Made by a program: the position numbers and the translations under genes. A DNA stretch of 64,000 nt. It comes from Terriglobia bacterium. Its GTDB lineage: Bacteria > Acidobacteriota > Terriglobia > Terriglobales > Acidobacteriaceae. Below the pieces are notes generated by a model that saw nothing but the letters and a program-made list of their open reading frames with translations, ran no database searches and had not been told where the DNA came from. The stretch lies in assembly GCA_963788505.1 (NCBI GenBank), contig CAWBGY010000005.1:447565-511564 (forward strand). The letters are read 5' to 3'. This document shows, in pieces, positions 51,902 to 60,546 of the stretch (its first letter is position 1; each line of letters opens with the position of its first letter).

Positions 51902-54118
51902 ATGCGGGATTCTGCAAGCGTACTGAAGAAATCCACCGTCGGACGGCTCCCCCAGTCCGCGGCTTCGCTTTGGGTTTACAACCCCTGGCTTGATCTCATC
52001 GTGGGATGCGGCGCCTGGTCCGCTCCTCTGCTTCTGCTTGCCTACGTGGCGTCACGTTCGAGCGCCATGGGCTGGTCAATCGCGTTCTACGGATTAGCCC
52101 TGTTCTTCAACTATCCCCATTACATGGCGACGGTTTATCGCGCCTATCACACGGCGGAAGATTTTCATAAATACCGCATTTTTACTGTCCACATCACTGC
52201 CCTGATTGTATTGACGCTGATTTTGTCGCACTTCTGGTTTCGCGCCCTGCCCTGGATTTTCACGCTCTACCTCATCTGGAGTCCCTGGCATTACAGCGGA
52301 CAGAATTATGGCCTGTTCATGATGTTCGCCCGGCGAGGAGGCGCCACGCCCTCGCCCGCACGGCGACGAGCTTTGTATTCGGCCTTTCTGATTTCTTACC
52401 TGATCTTACTTCTGAGTTTTTGGACCGGCCCCTCGAACGATCCTCTGTTCGTCTCGCCGGCAATTCCGGCACACCTGAGTTCCGTTGCGGCGCTGCTGCT
52501 GGGCGTGGCGTTCATCGCCTGTTCGGTGTACGGCTGGTCTGGACTGGCGCAACAGGTAGGTTGGCGACGTCTGTTGCCGGCCGTGACGCTGTTTTCCACG
52601 CAATTCTTGTGGTTTCTGCTGCCCACAGTGTTGTCCGTGGCCGAGCGACTGCGATTGCCGCAGAGCCGCTACAGCAGTGGGGTGTTCGCGGTGATGCATT
52701 CGGCGCAGTATCTCTGGATCACCAGCTACTACGCGCGCCGCGAAGCCAGCGGGAAAAGCGCTGCCGGCTGGCGCCCCTTCGCCTACTTCGCCGTGCTGGT
52801 AGCTGGCGGCATTGCGCTTTTCGTCCCCGGACCGTGGCTGGCCAGCCGGCTCTTTCATTACGACTTCAGTGCCAGCTTCCTGCTGTTCACCGCGCTGATT
52901 AATATTCATCACTTCATTCTTGATGGGGCCATCTGGAAACTTCGGGACAAGCGGGTCGCCGGGGTGTTGCTGAATTCGCCGGAGCAGTTGGCCCCCGCCG
53001 CAGTAGACACAGGGAACCGGCTGGGAAGCGGACTTCGCTGGGTGGTCGGGAGCTCGCGTCCTGCCCGCACCCTGCGCATTGCCGCCGCCATGGTCCTGCT
53101 GGCCTGGGGAAGCGTTGACCAGGTGCGCTATTACCTGGCGCTGCACCAGGAGAGCTTGCCGGATCTGCAGCGTGCGGCGGCGCTGGATGCTTACGACAGC
53201 TCGCTGCAAACCCATCTCGGCTGGCAGGAACTGAAAGAGGGGAACACAGGACAGGCGACCGTTGCTTGGAACGAGGCGCTCCGCGCAAATCCCACCAGCA
53301 CCGCTCCTCGAGATGCGCTGCTTCGCTATCTCACGCAGCAGAAACGCTTCGACGAGGCCTATGCCTTGACGCGCCGGTCGCTGCAATACACGCCGAAAGA
53401 TGTGAATTTGCTGGTGAACCATGGCATCCTGGCCAATCAACTGGGACATGGCGAGGAGGCCATCGAGAGCTGGAAGCAGGCGATAGCCCTGGATGGTTCA
53501 CAGGTCGCCGCCTACCTCTATGCGGCCGGCGAACTGGATCGGGAAGGGAAGCCCGCGGCCGCAATCCCCTATTACATGATGTTTCTGAACAAAGTGGCGC
53601 AGGCCGGGGCAAAGAGCCGTCCCCCGGCCCACAACCTGGTCGCGATTGTGCTGCGGCTGGCGCAGTGCCAGGTGCAGGCAAAGAGTCCCGGCCAGGCTGA
53701 GAAGACCTACGAGCTGGCACGGAAAATTGCCGCCGAGTCGGGCGAAACGAAAATGGAAGCCGCAGCCAGCGTCTCCGCCGCGGAACTCGAAGCCGGGTTG
53801 GGGAAAACCAGGCAGGCGCTTGAACTTTATCAGCACGCCCTCAAGCTCGACGGTCAACTGGATGACCCACAAGCCACGGCCAGCGATCTCTACAGCTACG
53901 GACTGTTTCTGCGCGATTCCGGCATTTCTCCGGAATTGGCGTACGCCTGTCTGCTGAAGTCGGAGTCCCTGATACAGAAGTCAGAGCACTCCCCGGAATT
54001 GAGCTCCATCGTGCTGGCTCGAGAAGACCTGGGAAAGAAGCTCTCCAAGCAATCGGCCAAGCGGCTCCGCGACGTGGACGCCGCCCTCGACGAAGCTCTT
54101 GCCCTGAAACTTCCCTGA
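51902..54118 (+). CDS. Polytopic membrane protein with conserved His/Tyr motifs fused to a C-terminal TPR domain, function unknown
   Basis: Intact 738 aa. About 10 predicted TM segments (aa 1-~370) containing FFNYPHYMATVYRAYH, SPWHYSGQNYG, HSAQYLWITSYY, NIHHFILDGAIWKLR. TPR-like repeats from ~aa 430. Confidence 0.7.
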   Translation: MRDSASVLKKSTVGRLPQSAASLWVYNPWLDLIVGCGAWSAPLLLLAYVASRSSAMGWSIAFYGLALFFNYPHYMATVYRAYHTAEDFHKYRIFTVHITALIVLTLILSHFWFRALPWIFTLYLIWSPWHYSGQNYGLFMMFARRGGATPSPARRRALYSAFLISYLILLLSFWTGPSNDPLFVSPAIPAHLSSVAALLLGVAFIACSVYGWSGLAQQVGWRRLLPAVTLFSTQFLWFLLPTVLSVAERLRLPQSRYSSGVFAVMHSAQYLWITSYYARREASGKSAAGWRPFAYFAVLVAGGIALFVPGPWLASRLFHYDFSASFLLFTALINIHHFILDGAIWKLRDKRVAGVLLNSPEQLAPAAVDTGNRLGSGLRWVVGSSRPARTLRIAAAMVLLAWGSVDQVRYYLALHQESLPDLQRAAALDAYDSSLQTHLGWQELKEGNTGQATVAWNEALRANPTSTAPRDALLRYLTQQKRFDEAYALTRRSLQYTPKDVNLLVNHGILANQLGHGEEAIESWKQAIALDGSQVAAYLYAAGELDREGKPAAAIPYYMMFLNKVAQAGAKSRPPAHNLVAIVLRLAQCQVQAKSPGQAEKTYELARKIAAESGETKMEAAASVSAAELEAGLGKTRQALELYQHALKLDGQLDDPQATASDLYSYGLFLRDSGISPELAYACLLKSESLIQKSEHSPELSSIVLAREDLGKKLSKQSAKRLRDVDAALDEALALKLP

Positions 54119-54137
54119 TGCGAACCACCAGAAAGAA

Positions 54138-54626
54138 CTAGAGTTTGCTGAGGTAATCCACGATTTCAGGAGTGCCCCAATCGATGGGCCCAACAAATTT
54201 CCGGCGCAAAACACCCTGGCGGTCGATGATGTAGGTTTCGGGAAACATGAATGTCCCGTAGAGGTTGTTGCTCTTCTGGTCGGGATCGCGAACCGTGAGC
54301 AGGTTCACCTTGTTGACCTTCAGAAAGTTCTGATAGGCGCTCTGATCGGCATCTACGCTGATCGCCAGCACTTCAACCCCTTTGCTCTTCATGTTCTGCT
54401 GCATCTGGATCAGGGACGGCAGCTCATCGAGGCAAGGCGGACACCAGGTAGCCCAGAAATTCAGAACGATCACCTTGCCCCGGAATTCGTCCAGGCTGAC
54501 CTTGCGCTCGCTGTCCTGCACGGTGAAGTCGGGGGCGGTCGTACCGATGTGAGGGGGCCGAGTTCCGCTGTAACAGCCCGATAACAGAAGGGTCACTATG
54601 CTGATGCAAACCGAAGCACGTCGCAC
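54138..54626 (-). CDS. TlpA-like thiol:disulfide oxidoreductase lipoprotein (thioredoxin fold)
   Basis: Lipobox VTLLLSGC. VIVLNFWATWCPPCLDELP (WCxxC). GTG 54626 start; the longer 54138..55001 ORF is antisense to the GT2 gene. Confidence 0.75.
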   Translation of the reverse strand: MRRASVCISIVTLLLSGCYSGTRPPHIGTTAPDFTVQDSERKVSLDEFRGKVIVLNFWATWCPPCLDELPSLIQMQQNMKSKGVEVLAISVDADQSAYQNFLKVNKVNLLTVRDPDQKSNNLYGTFMFPETYIIDRQGVLRRKFVGPIDWGTPEIVDYLSKL

Positions 54627-54651
54627 AAAGCTATAATACCCGATTCGGCCT

Positions 54652-55732
54652 ATGGTGGCGCCAGAGACAGGAGCGAGCGGACCCGTTGTGTCGGTAATCG
54701 TGCCGGCGCGCAACGAAGAAGCTTGCCTCGGCGCCTGCCTGGAATCGCTGGCGGCGCAGACCGGCATCGGCTTTGAAATCATCGTGGTGGATGATGCTTC
54801 GACCGACCAAACTCGCGAAATTGCCCAGTCTTTTTCACCCGTCCGGGTGGTCGATGCCGGCCCACCGCCCGCCGGTTGGACGGGCAAGAACAACGCCCTG
54901 GCCGCCGGCGTAAGAATTGCTCGCGGCGAATGGTTTCTGTTCACCGACGCCGACACCGTGCATTTGCCGGGTTCTCTCTCGGGCGGGCTGGCCGAGGCCA
55001 AGCGGGAGGGTGCGAGTTTGCTTTCATATTCTCCCCAGCAGGAAGTCCACGGCTTCTGGGAAAAAGCGGTGATGCCGGTGATTTTTGCTGAACTGGCTGC
55101 GACCTATCGGCCTTCGCTGGTCAGTGACCCGAGGTCGCCGGCCGCGGCGGCCAATGGCCAGTACATCCTGGTCGCGCGCGAGGCTTACGACGCGATCGGT
55201 GGACATGCGGCCGCGAGCGGCAGTCTGCTGGAAGATGTGGCCCTGGCAAAGGCGGTGAAAGGGTCGGGCCGCAAGATTTTTTTTCGATTCGGCGGCAACG
55301 CCGTGCGGGCTCGTATGTACCGCAGCTTCGCGCAACTCCGCGAAGGCTGGAGCAAGAATCTGGCCTTGCTCTTCCCCTCGCCGGTGCAACTTGCCTTGCT
55401 CAGGCTGACGGAATTTGTGCTGATTGTAGGCGGCGCCGCGGCGGCGGTTACCGCCCTGCTGCGCGGACATGTGAGGCCGGCCGTAGCGGCGGCGATTTTG
55501 GCGGTGACGATTTACGGTTTTCTTCTCAATCGAATTCGCAAGGCGCATTTTTCCCGCGAGGCTACCGCCTTGTCGCTCGCAGGCCTCCCGCTCTTTGCGT
55601 ATCTTTTGCTTCGATCCAAACTCTTATTCAGGCAAGGGCGCGTGCGCTGGAAGGGCAGAACTTACGGCGGCAAGGCTCGACCAGGCAGAGGTGGACGTCC
55701 GGGTCAGCCCACCCGCGCGCAGCTCGGCATAA
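54652..55732 (+). CDS. Family 2 glycosyltransferase, membrane-associated (HpnB/CrtQ-like PxGWxGK clade); 3' end inferred
   Basis: VSVIVPARNEE...IIVVDDASTDQT...PAGWTGKNNAL...FTDADTV...NGQYILVAREAYDAIGGH...LLEDVALAK, then C-terminal TMs. As sequenced it reads through into the next gene. TAA 55730-55732, followed by AGGGCACAGGA-ATG, lies one frame over. Confidence 0.7.
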
Positions 55733-55743
55733 AGGGCACAGGA

Positions 55744-56154
55744 ATGGTCTATCTCACTCGCAAAGCGGAGTTCGCCGCATCGCACTATTACCATAATCCG
55801 GATTTCAGCGCGGAAGAGAACCAGCGGATTTTCGGCAAATGTAACAACCCCAACGGCCACGGCCACAACTACACGCTTGAGGTGACGGTCAAAGGCGAAG
55901 TGGATCCGCGCTCCGGTTTCGTGGTCGATCTCAAGCAGTTGAAGGAAGTTCTGCACCGCGAGGTGCTGGACGCCATGGACCATCGCTTCCTGAACAAGGA
56001 GGTCCCGGAATTTTCGTCCCGGATACCGACTACCGAGAACCTGGCCATCGCCATCTGGCAGCGCCTGGTATCGAAGCTGAACAAGGCCCAGTTGCATCGC
56101 GTGCGAGTGTATGAAACGCCCGATCTGTTTGTCGATTTCTACGGTGAAGCATGA
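55744..56154 (+). CDS. 6-pyruvoyl-tetrahydropterin synthase family protein (animal/PTPS-II-like C-x5-HGH type)
   Basis: FSAEENQRIFGKCNNPNGHGHNYTLEVTVKGEVDPRSGFVVDL...IPTTENLAIAIW...VRVYETPDLFVDFYGE. Very close in motif layout to eukaryotic PTPS. Confidence 0.85.
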   Translation: MVYLTRKAEFAASHYYHNPDFSAEENQRIFGKCNNPNGHGHNYTLEVTVKGEVDPRSGFVVDLKQLKEVLHREVLDAMDHRFLNKEVPEFSSRIPTTENLAIAIWQRLVSKLNKAQLHRVRVYETPDLFVDFYGEA

Positions 56155-56567
56155 AGGCGCACTTGACCCGCCGCTACATGTTTTCGGCTTCGCATCGCCT
56201 GCACAGCGATGTCATGTCGGAGGCCGAGAACGCCGCTACCTACGGCAAATGCAACAACCCGTACGGCCACGGTCACAACTATGCGCTCGAGGTTACGGTC
56301 AGCGGACCGGTGGATGAAAGCACGGGCATGGTCTGCAACCTGACTGATCTGGATGGCTTTGTGCAACGCGAAATTCTGCAACGCTTCGATCTGGAAAATC
56401 TGAATACCCGGGCGGAATTTGTCCAAACGGTTCCGACCACCGAAAACCTGTGCACCGCCATCTACGATATTTTGCAGCGAGGCTTCACCCATGCTCATCT
56501 GGATAAGGTGCGCATAGAAGAGACCATGATGAATTCCTTTGAGTATGCCGGGGAAGCGATTGCGTAA
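56151..56567 (+). CDS. 6-pyruvoyl-tetrahydropterin synthase family protein, second paralogue
   Basis: ATGA overlap with the first copy. FSASHRLHSDVMSEAENAATYGKCNNPYGHGHNYALEVTVSGPVDESTGMVCNL...VPTTENLCTAIY. Confidence 0.85.
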   Translation: MKAHLTRRYMFSASHRLHSDVMSEAENAATYGKCNNPYGHGHNYALEVTVSGPVDESTGMVCNLTDLDGFVQREILQRFDLENLNTRAEFVQTVPTTENLCTAIYDILQRGFTHAHLDKVRIEETMMNSFEYAGEAIA

Positions 56568-56587
56568 TTGGGCAATTGGAGTAAACC

Positions 56588-57188
56588 ATGAATCCGACCT
56601 ACTGACGTACCTTCGCTGACCAGCGCCACTTTCGAAGACCTGGTGCGCGAAATGATTGTGCGCATTGGCGAGGACCCGGACCGGGAAGGTCTGGTCCGCA
56701 CGCCGGATCGGGTGCGCCGCTCCTGGGAGTTTCTCTCCCGCGGCTACAAGGAAGACCCGGACGCGATGCTGCGCAAGGCCTTGTTCACCGTCACCTATGA
56801 CGAAATGGTGATTGTCAAAGACATCGAGATGTTCAGCCTGTGCGAACATCACATGTTGCCGTTCTTCGGCAAGGTGCACGTGGCCTACATCCCCAAGGGC
56901 AAAGTGATCGGCCTGAGCAAGATTCCACGTCTGATCGAGATATTTTCCCGTCGTCTGCAGATTCAGGAACGCCTGACCACCCAGATCGCCGAAACCATCC
57001 AGAAAGCGATTGAGCCGCAGGGTGTGGGAGTCGTGATTGAGGCGCGCCATCTCTGCATGATGATGCGGGGAGTCGAAAAACAACACTCGGCCGCGGTGAC
57101 TTCGTCCATGCTGGGCTGCTTCCGCAGTGAACAGGAAACGCGCACGGAATTCTTGTCGCTCATTCGCAACCGGACGAACGGAGTCTGA
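56588..57188 (+). CDS. folE: GTP cyclohydrolase I (FolE type IA); probable frame break close to the start
   Basis: [16 protein letters not shown]...[22 protein letters not shown]...QIQERLT...[16 protein letters not shown] + ATG 56588 is in frame 2 and joins the frame 0 body if one base near 56598-56603 is removed. Conservative start GTG 56643. Confidence 0.85.
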
Positions 57189-57219
57189 GCGGAAATCTGA
57201 CGTCTCGAGGTCCGGCAAC

Positions 57220-57920
57220 TCACCAGGTCCCGTAGCGGTAACGTCGCGGACGCTCGGGTAACAGCTTGATCAGGATGATGCCCGCGACGAAGCCTCCCAC
57301 ATGCGCCCAGAACGCGACGCCGCCGCTGGTGTCGCTGTAGTTGGCGATTGAGGTTGCAGCCCCGCTCACAAATTGCAAGGCAAACCAGTAACCCAGCGTG
57401 ACCCAGGCCGGCAAATAGAAGAGAAACAAGATCGGGAACCAGATCAACACTTTGGCGCGGGGATACAACAGGAAGTATGCGCCCAGAACGCCCGGCGATC
57501 GCCCCGCTCGCGCCGACCGTAGGCACGCGGGAGTGAGGATTGAGGAGGACTTGCGCAAAGGCGGCCACCAGTCCGCTCGGCCAGATAGAACAGCAAATAT
57601 TTGAAGTGCCCCAGATAGTCTTCAATGTTGTCGCCAAAGATCCATAAGAACCACATGTTGCCGATCACGTGCATCCAGGAGCCATGCAGGAACATGGAGG
57701 TCAGGGTAGGAAGAAAGGCCGCGGTAAAGCCCAACCGCCCGGATCCAGCCAGGAATCCCGTGATGTTGGCGGGAACCATTCCCAGCTGATAGAGCAGAGC
57801 CTTGAAGCTTTCCGGAGTAAGGGTCGCCTCAAAAAGGAAGATCACCAGGTTGAGACCGATCAGGAAGTAGGTCACGTAGGGTGTGCCGAATCGGGGCTGA
57901 TCGTCGCGAATCGGAATCAT
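57220..57920 (-). CDS. Rhomboid-family intramembrane serine protease; frame broken twice
   Basis: Pieces MIPIRDDQPRF..FLHGSWMHVIGNMWFLWIFGDNIED..YLLFYLA | SGLVAAFAQVLLNPHSRVPTVGASGAIAG | VLGAYFLLYP...FWAHVGGFVAG (GxSG Ser and His contexts). Extra bases near 57577-57582 and 57487-57492. Confidence 0.8.
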
Positions 57921-57942
57921 GGGGGATCAAAGAATCTGGTAG

Positions 57943-58055
57943 TTTGGTGATTGAGTAACTGGGCAATTCAAGAACGGCCAAGGATACGCCCCTGAGCAAC
58001 CGGGGTTCGACTCCGCCTTAGAAGTTTTCAATTTCCCAATTACTAAATTACCAAA
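57943..58055. repeat. Imperfect 29-nt inverted repeat flanking a 55-nt spacer between divergent rhomboid and truB genes
   Basis: TTTGGTGATTGAGTAACTGGGCAATTCAA (57943-57971) versus the reverse complement of 58027-58055 (TTTGGTAATTTAGTAATTGGGAAATTGAA). 24 of 29 positions match. Confidence 0.5.
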
Positions 58056-58070
58056 TTATTCAATCTCCAC

Positions 58071-58973
58071 ATGAACGGCGTCCTGATCATCGACAAACCG
58101 ACCGGCCTGACCTCGCATGACGTGGTCAACCGGGTGCGCCGCATTCTGCAGCAGCCTTCGGTGGGTCATCTGGGGACGCTCGATCCGCTGGCCACCGGGG
58201 TGCTGCCGCTGGTCACCGGAAATCTCACCCGGTTGGCCCAGTTTTACGGCGCGTCAGAGAAGACCTACGAGGGCGTCATCCGCTTCGGCTTTGCTACCGA
58301 CACCTATGATTCCGACGGCGAGCCCGCTGGCCCGGCGCAAACAGTTAATGTATCACTTGAAGAAATACGCGAACTCGCGCGCGGATTTGTGGGTCTGATC
58401 GAGCAGATGCCGCCCCCATTCTCGGCCAAGAAAATCAAGGGGGTGCCGGCTTACAAATTGGCCCGCAAGCACCAGGACGTTGCCCTAAAACCGGTGCAGG
58501 TGGAGATCAAGGAATTCGAGATCCTGGCGGCAGATGGCAATCAGGCCAGCTTTCGCGCCCGGGTGGCGTCGGGGACCTACATGCGGGCCGTCGCCCACGA
58601 CATGGGCCGGCAGGTGGGCTGTGGAGCGCACCTGCAGTCGCTGCGCCGTACCCGGTTGGGCGAGTTCGATTTGAGCGAGGCCCATACCCTGGAGGAACTG
58701 CAAGCAGCCGGCCAGGCCGGCGCCAGCGAGGAAATGTTCGTCCACCCCCGCCGCCTGCTGCCCGAGTTTCCGTGTGTGATGGCCACGGAAGAAAGCGCGG
58801 CGCTGATTCGCCACGGGCGCGCGGTAAATTTGCCCGAGCTTTCCCAAGCCCGGCAAGTGAAGGTGTTCGTCGGGCAAAGGGAACTGATCGCTATCGCAAC
58901 TCGGATCGCCGGGACTCTGTTCCATCCCCGGATCGTGCTGGCCGCTGAACCGAAAGAAACAGTGTCATCCTGA
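58071..58973 (+). CDS. truB: tRNA pseudouridine(55) synthase
   Basis: GVLIIDKPTGLTSHDVVNRVRR...VGHLGTLDPLATGVLPL (catalytic Asp). 300 aa. The stop codon lies inside the terminus of repeat R2 copy E. Confidence 0.9.
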   Translation: MNGVLIIDKPTGLTSHDVVNRVRRILQQPSVGHLGTLDPLATGVLPLVTGNLTRLAQFYGASEKTYEGVIRFGFATDTYDSDGEPAGPAQTVNVSLEEIRELARGFVGLIEQMPPPFSAKKIKGVPAYKLARKHQDVALKPVQVEIKEFEILAADGNQASFRARVASGTYMRAVAHDMGRQVGCGAHLQSLRRTRLGEFDLSEAHTLEELQAAGQAGASEEMFVHPRRLLPEFPCVMATEESAALIRHGRAVNLPELSQARQVKVFVGQRELIAIATRIAGTLFHPRIVLAAEPKETVSS

Positions 58974-59164
58974 GCGAAGTAACTGCTTCGCTTCGCGAAG
59001 CAGGTACGCAGTCGAAGGACCCCTGGCAGCGCGCGGCCCCGCGGTGCGGCACTTTCGATCACAGCTGGAAACCCCAGATCCCCGGCCTCGTGCTGCAATG
59101 CAGGGATCCTTCGACTCCGCGGGATCATTCGCAAGCGAATGGTCCCGCTGCGCTCAGGATGACA
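58963..59164. repeat. TGTCATCCTGAGCG-terminated element (family R2), copy E
   Basis: TGTCATCCTGAGCGAAG ... GCGCTCAGGATGACA. Hairpins aactgcttcgc-ttc-gcgaagcagg and gggatcattcgc-aa-gcgaatggtccc. Inner GTCGAAGGACC / GGATCCTTCGAC boxes. Confidence 0.8.
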
Positions 59165-59169
59165 GGACG

Positions 59170-59220
59170 GTTTGGGTGCGAGCTGTTTGGGTGCGAGCCG
59201 TTTGGGTGCGGGCGGTCTGG
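59170..59220. repeat. 15-bp tandem repeat, about 3.3 units
   Basis: GTTTGGGTGCGAGCT GTTTGGGTGCGAGCC GTTTGGGTGCGGGCG GTCTGG, immediately after repeat R2 copy E. Confidence 0.7.
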
Positions 59221-59221
59221 C

Positions 59222-60166
59222 TTACTCCGTGATCGGCGAGCAGCACGGCTTCTGCACCGGCTTCGGCTCCATCAGCTCCACCCGGGTGAAGTTGGGATCG
59301 TAGAGGTTGTACTGCCACTTGCCGTCCCGGCCGATCTTGGGTTTCTCCTTGCTTTCATATCCGCGCTGGACCGCGAGCTTATATCCGGCCTGGATGCTGG
59401 GGACGCCCAGCGACAAATGGTGCATGACTCCCAGTTGGTGCGGGTCGGGATTCTTCACGTTGAGCATGTACTCCAGCCAGTCGGTTCCGTCGGGGACGCG
59501 CATGGCCACCCAATCTATGTCCGTATCTTTCATGCCGCCTTGCCACTGCAATTTGAATCCTAGAATGTCCCGGTAGAAACGGTCCGCCGCCGCCCGGTCT
59601 TTCACCACCACTCCCACATGGATGATGCGCGTCGAAATGCGGGTGTCGGGAAGAAACTTGCCGAAGTTCCGGCTGTGCAAGGATCCGGGACGATATTCCA
59701 CGAACTCGACGTCGTGGCCGTCGGGATCGCTGACATTGAAGCCGCGGTTGCCGTCCCGCATGGGTTCGAGCTTCTCCGGCACTTTTACGCCGCGGCTGGC
59801 CAGGTAGGCGCGCAGCTGCTCGGCATCGGTGGTCTCGAAGGAGATATGGGAGAGGCGGTCCATCTTGGGATCGGTAAGCTCGGGAAACATTTCGATGTAT
59901 TGGTGGTCGTTGACCTTGAAATATGTCAGCAGCAGGCCGGAGCCTTCGTCCGGCGTCTTGTCCAGGCTGAAAGGCTCCTGAAAGCCAAGAATTCCGGTGT
60001 AGAACTTGCGGGCCGCCGCCAGGTCGTCGGTCCTCAATGCGATATGCGCAACTCCGACGATCGCCGGGCGGGCAACGGGAGCAGCCGCCTCCTGGGCCAG
60101 AGAGGCCCCGGTCAGAAGGGCAGCGACGCAAATGCAGCGAGTCAGGGCCGAGGTTGGATTCTTCAT
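59222..60166 (-). CDS. Secreted two-domain VOC (glyoxalase/bleomycin-resistance/extradiol dioxygenase) family protein
   Basis: Signal peptide ..AALLTGASLAQ. Two VOC modules (VAHIALRTDDLAAARKFYTGILGF...; IIHVGVVVKDRAAADRFYRDILGF...). Confidence 0.7.
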   Translation of the reverse strand: MKNPTSALTRCICVAALLTGASLAQEAAAPVARPAIVGVAHIALRTDDLAAARKFYTGILGFQEPFSLDKTPDEGSGLLLTYFKVNDHQYIEMFPELTDPKMDRLSHISFETTDAEQLRAYLASRGVKVPEKLEPMRDGNRGFNVSDPDGHDVEFVEYRPGSLHSRNFGKFLPDTRISTRIIHVGVVVKDRAAADRFYRDILGFKLQWQGGMKDTDIDWVAMRVPDGTDWLEYMLNVKNPDPHQLGVMHHLSLGVPSIQAGYKLAVQRGYESKEKPKIGRDGKWQYNLYDPNFTRVELMEPKPVQKPCCSPITE

Positions 60167-60318
60167 GGATGGAGATATTGGGGCGGGAGCAGCGAGATGT
60201 CAAGGCCGAGGATTCCGGTGATTGAATGTCCGATAACAGATATTATGTAAAGCTACATGGACGCACCACCGCACAAGGCCGATCTTCCTGCTATGATTGC
60301 TCCGCCGAGTAACCTTAT

Positions 60319-60406
60319 CCCTCCCCTGACAGGCCAATTACCAAGGCGCCTCCCCTAAACGGGCCACTTTCCAAGTACTCCTCCCCTAACGGGCCATTTA
60401 CCGGGC
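60319..60406. repeat. Three tandem ~30-bp direct repeats in an intergenic region
   Basis: CTCCCCTGACAGGCCAATTACCAAGG / CTCCCCTAAACGGGCCACTTTCCAAGT / CTCCCCTAACGGGCCATTTACCGGGC. Cores start at 60321, 60350 and 60381 (spacing 29 and 31 nt). Confidence 0.7.
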
Positions 60407-60546
60407 CAGCATTCCAAATTGTTTGATTGCGGTTCGCAAACGACCAGCATGACTGGATCGGGTGCTTCAGCGCCTTTCGTCGGCGAACCAATCGGAAAAC
60501 GTGTGTCTTTGCTGTTCGTTGACGTCGACGTCGAACTGGTGCGCCC

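Noticed and set aside
54138-55001. 287-aa minus-strand ORF as the full thioredoxin-like gene.
   Set aside because: The N-terminal 125 aa are antisense to the GT2 gene and look non-protein-like. A GTG at 54626 gives a standard lipoprotein signal (LLSGC) directly before the thioredoxin fold.
54652-56154. Genuine GT2-PTPS fusion protein of 500 aa.
   Set aside because: The linker looks like translated intergenic DNA. A stop-RBS-ATG junction is present one frame over, consistent with the recurrent +1 errors. It is kept as a low-interest finding to verify.
57990-58020. tRNA or tmRNA gene suggested by GGTTCGACTCC.
   Set aside because: The flanking bases do not form a T-stem (CGGGG / CCGCC). No acceptor, D or anticodon arms can be drawn within 90 nt upstream. 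At most this is a 3' fragment.
60319-60406. Possible miniature CRISPR array (three ~30-bp repeats).
   Set aside because: The repeats are directly adjacent with no spacers and are only about 70-80 % identical. There is no leader and there are no cas genes anywhere in the window.
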